Shown: piece after piece, positions 9,606-17,238 of the stretch
How positions within the stretch are numbered: position 1 is the first letter of the stretch
How the letters are laid out: each line of letters begins with the position of its first letter
Assembly: GCA_040768005.1 (NCBI GenBank)
Contig: JAXGNL010000003.1
Coordinates: forward strand, 4,249 to 68,248
Reading direction: 5' to 3'
DNA: 64,000 nt
Source of the DNA: Kiritimatiellia bacterium
GTDB taxonomy: Bacteria > Verrucomicrobiota > Kiritimatiellia > CAIQIC01 > Lenti-01
Position numbers and translations under genes: made by a program
The notes under the pieces: generated by a model
What the model saw: only the letters and a program-made list of their open reading frames with translations
Databases searched by the model: none
Told to the model about the DNA's origin: nothing

Positions 9606-10493
9606 ATGAGTTTGACGAGCATGACAGGCCGCGGCGCCGGCGCCGCGACAGGATCCCTGGCCCGCGTCGAGGCCGAACTCAGCAGCGTCAACCGCAAGAC
9701 CCTCGACATCGCCGTCAACCTGCCCCGGTTTCTCTCATCCTTCGAAGCCCCGGTCCAGCACCAGATCCGGCAGGCCCTTTCCCGCGGACGCATCACCGGC
9801 GAAATCCGCGTCGCCTGGTCGCCCCGGGCCCAGGCGGCCTCCGTGCGCGTGGACGAAGCCCTGGCCCGCGCCCATCTCGCCGCCCTCCGCGCCGCCGCCC
9901 GCCGGCTCCGCCTGCCCGACAATCTCCAGGCGGCCGACCTCCTGAACCTGCCGGACGTGCTGGTGCTCGAACACCGCTCCGCCGATGTCGCCCGCCTGGG
10001 CCCGCTGCTGACAAAAGCCCTCGCCGCCGCCCTCCGGAACCTGCAGGTGATGCGCCGCCGCGAAGGCGCCGCCCTCGGCCGCGACCTGCGCCGCCGTTTC
10101 TCGGCCCTCGCCGCCGTCACCGCCCGCATCGAAGCCCGCGCCCCCCGCGTCGCCGACGCCTACCGCCGCGCCCTCCTCGACCGCCTCCGCGATGTCCTCC
10201 CCGGCCAGCCCCTCGCCGGCGACGATCGCCTCCTCAAGGAAATCGCCCTCTTCGCCGACCGCGCCGACATCACCGAGGAACTCGTCCGCCTCCGCAGCCA
10301 TCTCGCCCAGGCCCGCGGCCTTCTCCGCACCGGCGGCGTCGCCGGCCGCACCCTCGATTTCCTCGTGCAGGAAATGGGCCGCGAAATCAACACCATCGGC
10401 TCCAAGGCCAACGACGGCGACATCACCCGCCGGGTCATCGCCTTCAAGACCGAGCTTGAACGCATCCGCGAACAGGTCCAGAACATCGAATAG
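9606..10493 (+). CDS. yicC: YicC-family stress-induced protein
   Basis: ORF 9561..10493 trimmed to MSLTSMTGRG... C-terminal EMGREINTIGSKANDGDITRRVIAFKTELERIREQVQNIE is characteristic. Confidence 0.8.
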   Translation: MSLTSMTGRGAGAATGSLARVEAELSSVNRKTLDIAVNLPRFLSSFEAPVQHQIRQALSRGRITGEIRVAWSPRAQAASVRVDEALARAHLAALRAAARRLRLPDNLQAADLLNLPDVLVLEHRSADVARLGPLLTKALAAALRNLQVMRRREGAALGRDLRRRFSALAAVTARIEARAPRVADAYRRALLDRLRDVLPGQPLAGDDRLLKEIALFADRADITEELVRLRSHLAQARGLLRTGGVAGRTLDFLVQEMGREINTIGSKANDGDITRRVIAFKTELERIREQVQNIE

Positions 10494-10510
10494 CAAGGAG
10501 ACACAAGCAC

Positions 10511-11152
10511 ATGAAGGGAATCAAGCCCAGCTGGAACAACATGATTTTCGTCGTGTCGGCGCCGTCCGGCGCCGGCAAAACCACCCTCTGCGACAAGCTG
10601 CAGAAGGAATTCAAGGACATCCACTACGCCGTCACCGCCACCACCCGCGAACCCCGCGATGGCGAAGTGGACGGCAAAAGCTACTATTTCATGACCCGCA
10701 AGGGATTTGAAAAGCGCCTCGCCGAAGGCGGCTTCATCGAAAGCGCCGTCGTCCACGGCAACCTCTACGGCTCCCCCAAGGCCCCCGTCGTCGCCGCCCT
10801 CGAGGAAGGCTGCGACGTCCTCATGAATCTCGATGTCCAGGGCGCCGCCGCCGTCCGCCAGACCATCCGCTCCTGCCCCGATGGCGATCCGCTCAAGCGC
10901 ACCCTCGTGGATATCTTCGTCGTCCCCCCCTCCACCGAAGTCCTCCGCAACCGCCTCGTCGTGCGCGGAACCGACAGCCTCGAAGTCATCGAAAAACGCA
11001 TGAAGCAGGCCCGCGAGGAAATCTCCCACTGGAACGAATACACCTACATGGTCGTCAACGACGACCTCGCCGAGGCCTACGACCACATGCGAGCCATCAT
11101 CCTGGCCGAACGCCACCGCAACGCCAACCGACGCGAGGAATACCATGGCTGA
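10511..11152 (+). CDS. gmk: guanylate kinase
   Basis: P-loop SAPSGAGKTTL, TTREPRDGEVDGKSYYF. Start may be the internal Met at 10541. Confidence 0.9.
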   Translation: MKGIKPSWNNMIFVVSAPSGAGKTTLCDKLQKEFKDIHYAVTATTREPRDGEVDGKSYYFMTRKGFEKRLAEGGFIESAVVHGNLYGSPKAPVVAALEEGCDVLMNLDVQGAAAVRQTIRSCPDGDPLKRTLVDIFVVPPSTEVLRNRLVVRGTDSLEVIEKRMKQAREEISHWNEYTYMVVNDDLAEAYDHMRAIILAERHRNANRREEYHG

Positions 11153-11693
11153 AGCCCCCAAGATCATTCTCGGCGTCACCGGCTCCATCGCCGCCTACAA
11201 GGCGCCCGAGATCGTCCGCCTGATGCAGAAGCAGCACTGGGATCCCTGGGTGGTCATGACCGCCTGCGCCACCCAGTACGTCGGCGTGCTGCCCCTGCGC
11301 GCGCTCACCGGCCACCCCGTGCCCGCCGGTACCTTCGCCGAGGCCCCGCCCGACACCTACTCCCACCTCGCCCTTTCCGAAGGCGCCGCCGCGATGGTCG
11401 TCGCCCCCTGCTCCGCGCAGACCCTCGCCCGCCTCGCCTGGGGCTTTGCCGACGACATGCTCTCCGCCACCGCCCTCGCCTGCGAGGCGCCCCTGCTCGT
11501 CGCCCCCGCCATGAACACCCGCATGTGGCGCCATCCCGCCGTGCAGGAAAATGTCGAGCGCCTCCGCCAACGCGGCGTGCGCATCATTCCGCCCGGCACG
11601 GGCGAACTCGCCTGCGGCGACACCGGCCCCGGACGCCTCGCCGAGCTGCCCGACATCCTTCGCGCCGTCGAAGACGTCCTCGCCGCGGACTGA
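11145..11693 (+). CDS. coaC: phosphopantothenoylcysteine decarboxylase (CoaC half)
   Basis: Flavoprotein motif ILGVTGSIAAYKAPEIVRLM, PAMNTRMW. Ends at TGA 11691-11693, in frame with coaB. Confidence 0.85.
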   Translation: MAEAPKIILGVTGSIAAYKAPEIVRLMQKQHWDPWVVMTACATQYVGVLPLRALTGHPVPAGTFAEAPPDTYSHLALSEGAAAMVVAPCSAQTLARLAWGFADDMLSATALACEAPLLVAPAMNTRMWRHPAVQENVERLRQRGVRIIPPGTGELACGDTGPGRLAELPDILRAVEDVLAAD

Positions 11694-11696
11694 ACC

Positions 11697-12341
11697 GTGA
11701 ACGTGCTGGTCACCGCCGGCCCCACCCGCGAAGCCATCGATCCCGTCCGCTTCGTCAGCAACCGCTCCAGCGGCAGGATGGGCTACGCCCTCGCCGACGC
11801 CGCCCGCCGCGCCGGCCACGCCGTCCGCCTCGTCTCCGGCCCCGTCGCCCTCGATCCGCCTCCCGGTGTCCGGCTCGTCCGCGTCGTATCCGCCGCCGAC
11901 ATGCTCGCCGCCGTCGAACAGAATCTCCCCTGGTGCGATCTGCTCGTCATGGCCGCCGCCGTCGCCGACTGGCGCCCGAAACGGCCCGCCGTCCACAAAC
12001 TCAAGAAGGCTGCCGGCCCGCCCGTCATCGAGTGGGAACCCGCCCCCGACATCCTCGCCGCCATCGCGCCGCGCAAGAAATCCTCCCAGGTCTTCTGCGG
12101 CTTCGCCGCCGAAACCCGCGCCCTCGCCCGCGAAGCCAAACGCAAGCTCCGCGAAAAACATCTCGATGCCATCGCCGCCAACGACGTCTCCCGCCGCGAC
12201 CGCGGATTCGATTCCGACCGCAACGAACTCGCCGTGTTCTTCGCCGACGGATCCCAACGGCGCATCCCGCTCGCCCGGAAATCCGTCTGCGCCGCCCGCT
12301 TGATCGCGTGGCTCGGAAAAATCGCCGCGAAAAAAAAGTGA
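11697..12341 (+). CDS. coaB: phosphopantothenate-cysteine ligase (CoaB half)
   Basis: GTG start. VLVTAGPTREAIDPVRFVSNRSSGRMGYALA is the canonical CoaB N-terminus. Confidence 0.85.
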   Translation: MNVLVTAGPTREAIDPVRFVSNRSSGRMGYALADAARRAGHAVRLVSGPVALDPPPGVRLVRVVSAADMLAAVEQNLPWCDLLVMAAAVADWRPKRPAVHKLKKAAGPPVIEWEPAPDILAAIAPRKKSSQVFCGFAAETRALAREAKRKLREKHLDAIAANDVSRRDRGFDSDRNELAVFFADGSQRRIPLARKSVCAARLIAWLGKIAAKKK

Positions 12342-12576
12342 AAAAAAATCCGGAAAGGGATTGACGTTGTTAATAACTTCGCATTAGTGTCTGAATCAAC
12401 GAGATGAGAGTGTGAAAACGAGGAACGAATCCGAAGACCTCCCGCGCCGATTCACGGCCGCCTGTTCCCCGCGTTGGGCGATGTAAGCGAACCGAAACCA
12501 CAGGACAATGTTTCATGAACACTCTAAATAACCTGACCGCCTTTGAGCGTCAGGACGGAAGGGGGGGAAATACACC

Positions 12577-12744
12577 ATGGCAGTAAAGAAAGCAGCGAAG
12601 AAGGTAGCCAAGAAGGCTCCTGCGAAGAAGGCGGCGAAGAAGGCTCCGGCCAAGAAGAAGGTCGCCAAGAAGGCTCCGGCCAAGAAGAAAGTCGCGAAGA
12701 AGGCTCCGGCCAAGAAGAAGGTCGCGAAGAAGGCGAAGAAGTAA
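12577..12744 (+). CDS. Lys/Ala-rich histone-H1-like protein (55 aa)
   Basis: Not in the ORF track (<60 aa). Own translation: MAVKKAAKKVAKKAPAKKAAKKAPAKKKVAKKAPAKKKVAKKAPAKKKVAKKAKK. G-rich SD (GGAAGGGGGGG) 8 nt upstream. Confidence 0.7.
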   Translation: MAVKKAAKKVAKKAPAKKAAKKAPAKKKVAKKAPAKKKVAKKAPAKKKVAKKAKK

Positions 12745-12897
12745 TTCTTCCCTGATGCCGGCCCGTGCAATGCGGTCCGGTAAATGAACGACGGTGACAC
12801 CCACTCGGTTCGCCGTCGTTTTTTTGTCCCCGTCCCTTGCATTCCCCGCCCCCCTGCGCTACGTTCCCGCCACATTGGATTTCAAAGGAGACCGCCC

Positions 12898-13125
12898 GTG
12901 CAAGAAAAAGTCGAAGCCTATATCGAGGAAGTCCGCCCCCTCATCCAGGGTCACGGCGGCGACGTGGAGTTTGTGTCCATGGACGGCAACACCGTCTATC
13001 TGCGCCTGCACGGCGCCTGCCATGCCTGCCCCCACGCCATGATGACCCTCAAAAACGGCATCGAAGCCGAAATGCGCGAACGCCTCTCCCCCGACCTCAC
13101 CGTCGAACGCGTCCTCGACGATTAG
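12898..13125 (+). CDS. NifU C-terminal-domain (Nfu-type) Fe-S scaffold protein
   Basis: ORF 12784..13125 trimmed to GTG 12898, which is preceded by AAAGGAG. GGDVEFVSMDGNTVYLRLHGACHACPHAMMTLKNGIE carries the CxxC motif. Confidence 0.8.
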   Translation: MQEKVEAYIEEVRPLIQGHGGDVEFVSMDGNTVYLRLHGACHACPHAMMTLKNGIEAEMRERLSPDLTVERVLDD

Positions 13126-13270
13126 AGCAGTTTTCATAATGCCCTAGCCACTCCATACCCCCGACGGGGTCGTCGGGGGCTCCAAAACAAGAAATCAGTG
13201 GCTGTTTGGAGCCGGGACGACCCCGTCCCGGTCAGATTTTGCGGCTTCAGAATACATGAATATGCTCTAA
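13122..13270 (+). repeat. Repeat family B, copy 1 (149 bp, multi-hairpin, TA-flanked)
   Basis: TTAGAGCA...TGCTCTAA ends. Three internal hairpins: CCCCCGAC/GTCGGGGG, CTCCAAA/TTTGGAG, CCGGGAC/GTCCCGG. Starts on the TAG stop of the Nfu gene. About 85% identical by eye to 34572..34759. Confidence 0.8.
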
Positions 13271-13309
13271 TCCCCTTCCGCTTCGGTCCGGCTCGGCCGG
13301 TTTCCCGAA

Positions 13310-13370
13310 TTTTCCACGCTATGGAAAAATGCCTTTCCTGCTTCAGCAGGATTTTCCACGCCGTGGAAAA
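13310..13370. repeat. REP-like palindrome array 1 (2 copies)
   Basis: TTTTCCACgctATGGAAAA at 13310-13328 and TTTTCCACgccGTGGAAAA at 13352-13370, between convergent genes. Confidence 0.85.
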
Positions 13371-13382
13371 TCCCGGCGCGGA

Positions 13383-14198
13383 TCACCCCGCCGGCGGCCG
13401 CTCCGGAAAAATCCCGTTCACCGCGTCACGGACGATCTGCTTGGTGTCGTTCGGGAAATCCGACCGCAGCAGCCACGTGATGAAATTCGGATCGTTCACC
13501 ACCGTGTCGCGCAGCGACTGCCCCTGGAACTTTCCGAAATTGAACACCACCTCGCCCTTCGACCACTTCAGCCGGCCCGTCCGGTCCGCCCACGACGGGT
13601 CCCGCGGATCGCAGTAGTCGTTCAGCGCGTCCATCTCCGCCGGCAGTTCCGGATAGCGCTCGAACTGCCCCCCCAGCACCCGGATCGTCGCCAGCACGTC
13701 GCCCAGCGCGTCATGCGAATTCTCGTGGTCCGCCCCGCAGTAGTAGCGCAGCGCCGCCGCCAGATCCCGCGGCTCGTTGCGGAAGAAAATCCGCTGCGCA
13801 TCCAGAATCCGCCGCCCCTCCAGGCTGAACGGCCGGTTCGCCCGCGCGAATTCCTCCGTCAGCATCTGGATGTCGTAGCCCAGGATGTTGTAGCCCGCCA
13901 GATCCGCCCCCTCGAAGTGCCGCTCGATCACCTCCGCCATCTCCGCAAACGTCGGCGCGTCCTTCACGTCCTCGTCCGTGATCCCGTGAATCGCCGTCGC
14001 CTCCTCCGGAATCGGAATGCCCGGATTCAGCAGGTAATGCACCTGCTCCGCCGTCCCCGCCGGCTCGTAGCGCACCAGCGCCAGCGACACGATGCGGTCG
14101 GTGCGCTTGTTCAACCCCGTCGCCTCCAGATCGAAAACCGCCAGCGGACGGTCGAGTTGCAGGCGCAGCGGCAGCGGGGGAATCGGGGATGCGTTCAT
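13383..14198 (-). CDS. DEDD-family 3'-5' exonuclease (DnaQ/epsilon-like)
   Basis: ORF 13383..14207 (GTG); likely start is the ATG at 14198. LAVFDLEATGL Exo I motif and HDALGD Exo III motif. Confidence 0.8.
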   Translation of the reverse strand: MNASPIPPLPLRLQLDRPLAVFDLEATGLNKRTDRIVSLALVRYEPAGTAEQVHYLLNPGIPIPEEATAIHGITDEDVKDAPTFAEMAEVIERHFEGADLAGYNILGYDIQMLTEEFARANRPFSLEGRRILDAQRIFFRNEPRDLAAALRYYCGADHENSHDALGDVLATIRVLGGQFERYPELPAEMDALNDYCDPRDPSWADRTGRLKWSKGEVVFNFGKFQGQSLRDTVVNDPNFITWLLRSDFPNDTKQIVRDAVNGIFPERPPAG

Positions 14199-14261
14199 GC
14201 CCTGCACAATGGCGGATCACCCCCCGGAGGAAAAGCAGAATCCATCCGCTTTTCACGGGAT

Positions 14262-14460
14262 GGGACGCAGCTGCGGTTCGGTGCACGCCGTTCAAAAAGG
14301 CCTTCTGGTCCTGTATGGCTGTCATCCGGAGCGGAGTCGAGAAATCTCAGCCTGGTTCCGCAGGTCGGCCATGGGGACGGTGCCCGGATATTTCGACTCC
14401 GGCGCTGCGCGCCTTCGCTCAATATGACTGGGGCGTGCACCGACTAATCGCAGATGCGCC
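14262..14460 (+). repeat. Repeat family A, copy 2 (left terminal repeat degenerate)
   Basis: Aligns by eye along its whole length with 8465..8660. Right end ...CTAATCGCAGATGCGCC at 14460. Same orientation. Confidence 0.8.
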
Positions 14461-14608
14461 CTTCACCGAATTTTCTTCCAGAATTGTCTTGCGGCCCCGA
14501 GCCCCCCTCTTCTATCTTCCGCGGCATACCTTCCGCATGTCCAAGGGCTGCCGATTTGCGGGGGGCAGGTGAACCGGCGGCCCATGGTTCCATGGAGTTG
14601 ATGATACT

Positions 14609-14863
14609 GTGAAAATATACGTTGGGAATCTCTCGTTCCGGGCCACGGATGATGATCTGCGCGCGGCCTTCGAGCCGTACGGCGAAGTGGTCTCTGCTCG
14701 GGTGATCCAAGACAAGGAAACCGGCCGCTCCCGCGGATTCGGTTTCGTTGAAATGCCCAATGCCGATGAAGCCAACGCGGCGATCGACAAGCTGAACAAT
14801 GCGGAAATCGTCGATCGCGCCGTTCGCGTGAACGAGGCGCAGGAACGCCCCCCGCGCCGCTAA
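14609..14863 (+). CDS. RRM-type RNA-binding protein
   Basis: GTG start. KIYVGNL (RNP2) and RGFGFVEM (RNP1). Confidence 0.9.
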   Translation: MKIYVGNLSFRATDDDLRAAFEPYGEVVSARVIQDKETGRSRGFGFVEMPNADEANAAIDKLNNAEIVDRAVRVNEAQERPPRR

Positions 14864-14880
14864 GCACGGTGGACACCAGG

Positions 14881-14910
14881 CCCCGGCGGGCAACCGCCGG
14901 GGCTTTTTTG
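14881..14910 (+). terminator. intrinsic terminator of the RRM gene
   Basis: CCCCGGCGG-gcaa-CCGCCGGGG followed by CTTTTTTG. Confidence 0.75.
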
Positions 14911-14939
14911 TTTCCGGTCTGGGTCCGCCGGAAGGAGCG

Positions 14940-16841
14940 CTAGTCCCGGGGCCGGACCCCGCCGTACACATAGTCCACGTAGGCCGGATCCATCGGCTTC
15001 GTCGCCAGCGCCACCACCACCGCCGTCAGGAACGACAGCGGCAGGGCCACCACGATCGGATCCACCACCGTCCACGTCAGGCTCCAGTCCGCCGGCACCA
15101 GATTCGGCTTCCCGAACCACGCCTGGCACAGCCCGATGCCCCCCGCCGTCTTCCCGTTCACGAACAGCAGCCACAATCCGCTCGTCAGGAACCCCGTCAG
15201 CAGCGACGCCACCGCCGCCGGCTTGGTCATCCGCCGCCAGAACAGCCCCAGCACGAACAGCGGCAGGAACGACGACGCGCACAGCCCCATGAAGATCGCC
15301 GTCGCCAGCGCAATGATGTTCCCGCGGACGTATTTGCCCAGCACCAGCGCCACCACGATGCCCACGATGATCGCAAACCGCGTGACGTGGATGGACCGGC
15401 TCCCGTGCCGGTGATGCGCATACTGCTCGAACACGTCGCGCCCCAGCGCCGTTCCCATCGTGTGGAACTGGCTCGACATCGTGCTCATCGCCGCCGACAG
15501 CAGCGTCAGCATGAACACCACCCCGAACCAGTGCGGCAGCGCGCTGCGCACGTAGGCCGGAATCAGCGTATCCGTGTTCCCCTGCAGCGTCGTGCCCAGC
15601 CCCACCGACCGCAGCACCGCGTTCAGCCGCGGCTTCAGTACGTCGGACGCCCCCCCCTCCCCGCGCACGATTTCCGTCTTCTCCGTCCACAGCGAATGAT
15701 TCAGCGGCGCCTCCTCCCCCGCTCCCGGCAGCCGGTAGCTCACAAACCGCTTCGCCCGGGCCTTGACTTCCTCCGGCGCGTTCGCCGGCACCAGCGTCAG
15801 CTTGCCCTTGCCGTCCGGCCCCGGATCCAGAAGCGCCCCGTCGTCCACCACCTGACAGACGATTTCCTCCTGCTGCGCGAAGTACACGTTCGACAGCGCG
15901 CCCACCGTGAACGCCACCCCGGTCATGAACAGAATGAAGATGCCGCCCGCCGCCGCCGCCCGGTTCAGCGACTGCTTGGACTTCACCGTCATGAAACGGA
16001 CAATCAGCTGCGGCTGCGCCAGCACCCCGATCCCCACCCCCATCACGATCGTCGAAACCAGGATCCACCACATGTGGTACCCCACCGCCCCCGGCATCGG
16101 CGCCCCCGGTTCCGCAAACCCGAACCTCGGCATCGCCGTCCAGCCCTGGTGCCCGATGGCCTTCAGGAATCCCGGCACCTGGTCTTTCATCGCCCCCAGC
16201 GCCTGGTGCGCCTCCGTCACGCCCCCCAGCCTCCCGTAGGTCGCCGCCAGCAGGATCGCCATCCCCACCAGCATGATCGCCCCCTGCATCGCGTCCGTCA
16301 GCATCACGCCCTTCAGCCCGCCGGCAATCACGTACGCCGCCACGATCAGCGCGAAAATGTACAGCGCCCCGTCGTAGGAAATGTGGAAGATCGGCGCCAT
16401 GAACTCCGCCCCCCCCACCATCACCGCCATCGCGTACAGCGGCATGAAGCAGAAAATAATCAGCGCGCACAGCACCTGCAGCAGCCGGCTGTTGTAGCGC
16501 TTGGCAATCAGTTCCGGAAACGTATGGGCGTCCAGATGATGCCCCATCCGCCGCGTCGGATTCCCCAGGAACACGAACGCAATGAAAATGCCCACGAAGA
16601 TGTTCAGCACCGTCAGCCACAGCACCCCCATGCCCAGGCTTGCCGCCGCCCCCCCGAAGCCCACGATCGCCGACGTGCTGATGAACGTCGCCCCGTACGA
16701 CAGCGCCATCACGATCGGATTCGCGCTGCGCCCGGCCACCAGGTAGTCCGCCGCCGTCTTCGTCCGCTGGTACCCCAGATACCCCAGATACCCCGTCAAC
16801 ATCAGATACAGAATCACCAATATGATGCTCAGCAAATCCAT
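14940..16841 (-). CDS. sodium:solute symporter (SSS family)
   Basis: 633 aa and about 13-14 TM segments. SSS-like N-terminus YLVAGRSANPIVMALSYGATFISTSAIVG. Confidence 0.85.
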   Translation of the reverse strand: MDLLSIILVILYLMLTGYLGYLGYQRTKTAADYLVAGRSANPIVMALSYGATFISTSAIVGFGGAAASLGMGVLWLTVLNIFVGIFIAFVFLGNPTRRMGHHLDAHTFPELIAKRYNSRLLQVLCALIIFCFMPLYAMAVMVGGAEFMAPIFHISYDGALYIFALIVAAYVIAGGLKGVMLTDAMQGAIMLVGMAILLAATYGRLGGVTEAHQALGAMKDQVPGFLKAIGHQGWTAMPRFGFAEPGAPMPGAVGYHMWWILVSTIVMGVGIGVLAQPQLIVRFMTVKSKQSLNRAAAAGGIFILFMTGVAFTVGALSNVYFAQQEEIVCQVVDDGALLDPGPDGKGKLTLVPANAPEEVKARAKRFVSYRLPGAGEEAPLNHSLWTEKTEIVRGEGGASDVLKPRLNAVLRSVGLGTTLQGNTDTLIPAYVRSALPHWFGVVFMLTLLSAAMSTMSSQFHTMGTALGRDVFEQYAHHRHGSRSIHVTRFAIIVGIVVALVLGKYVRGNIIALATAIFMGLCASSFLPLFVLGLFWRRMTKPAAVASLLTGFLTSGLWLLFVNGKTAGGIGLCQAWFGKPNLVPADWSLTWTVVDPIVVALPLSFLTAVVVALATKPMDPAYVDYVYGGVRPRD

Positions 16842-16851
16842 GCCCGCCTCC

Positions 16852-17028
16852 TTACAGCGCGTCCTCGACTTCGGTCTTCTCTTCCCTGGCCCAGTCCACG
16901 TCTTCCTTCTTCACCGGCTCCTCGCCCTTGTTCCAGTTGACGATTCCGTACCCCACGCACACCACGGCTCCCGCAATGCTCAGCACATACGCCAGCCAAA
17001 CCGCCGGACTTTCGATTCCCAGAACCAT
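16852..17028 (-). CDS. symporter small accessory membrane protein
   Basis: ORF 16852..17145 trimmed to MVLGIESPAVWLAYVLSIAGAVVCVGYGIVNW... Single TM plus acidic tail, directly upstream of the SSS gene. Confidence 0.55.
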   Translation of the reverse strand: MVLGIESPAVWLAYVLSIAGAVVCVGYGIVNWNKGEEPVKKEDVDWAREEKTEVEDAL

Positions 17029-17238
17029 CGCTGCCTCCTTTGCACCGGACGGACAAAAAGACGCCGTGTCTCTCCACCATCCCGTCAAGCCATCTTCCTT
17101 GTTCCGGTTTTGGCGAAGCAATGCCAAAATGCCTCCATCCTGCATTTTTCATGAAATCTTCATGGCCGGCTTTCCCGCTTGAACGCCTCCCGATTGCCCG
17201 TTGCCTGCCGCCGGAATTCCGGGTAGGCTGTCCCCGTC

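Noticed and set aside
11691-11693. TGA recoding (Sec, Trp or Gly) at the coaC/coaB junction.
   Set aside because: TGA terminates several well-supported genes in the window at expected C-termini. I saw no SECIS-like hairpin.
12513-12875. ORFs 12513..12875(-), 12543..12755(+) and 12550..12804(-) overlapping the H1-like gene.
   Set aside because: They are mirror or shifted frames of the AAG/GCC-rich repeat (FFA..., EEGS..., LLR... strings). Only the 12577 frame has an SD, an ATG and a coherent KKAPAKK periodicity.
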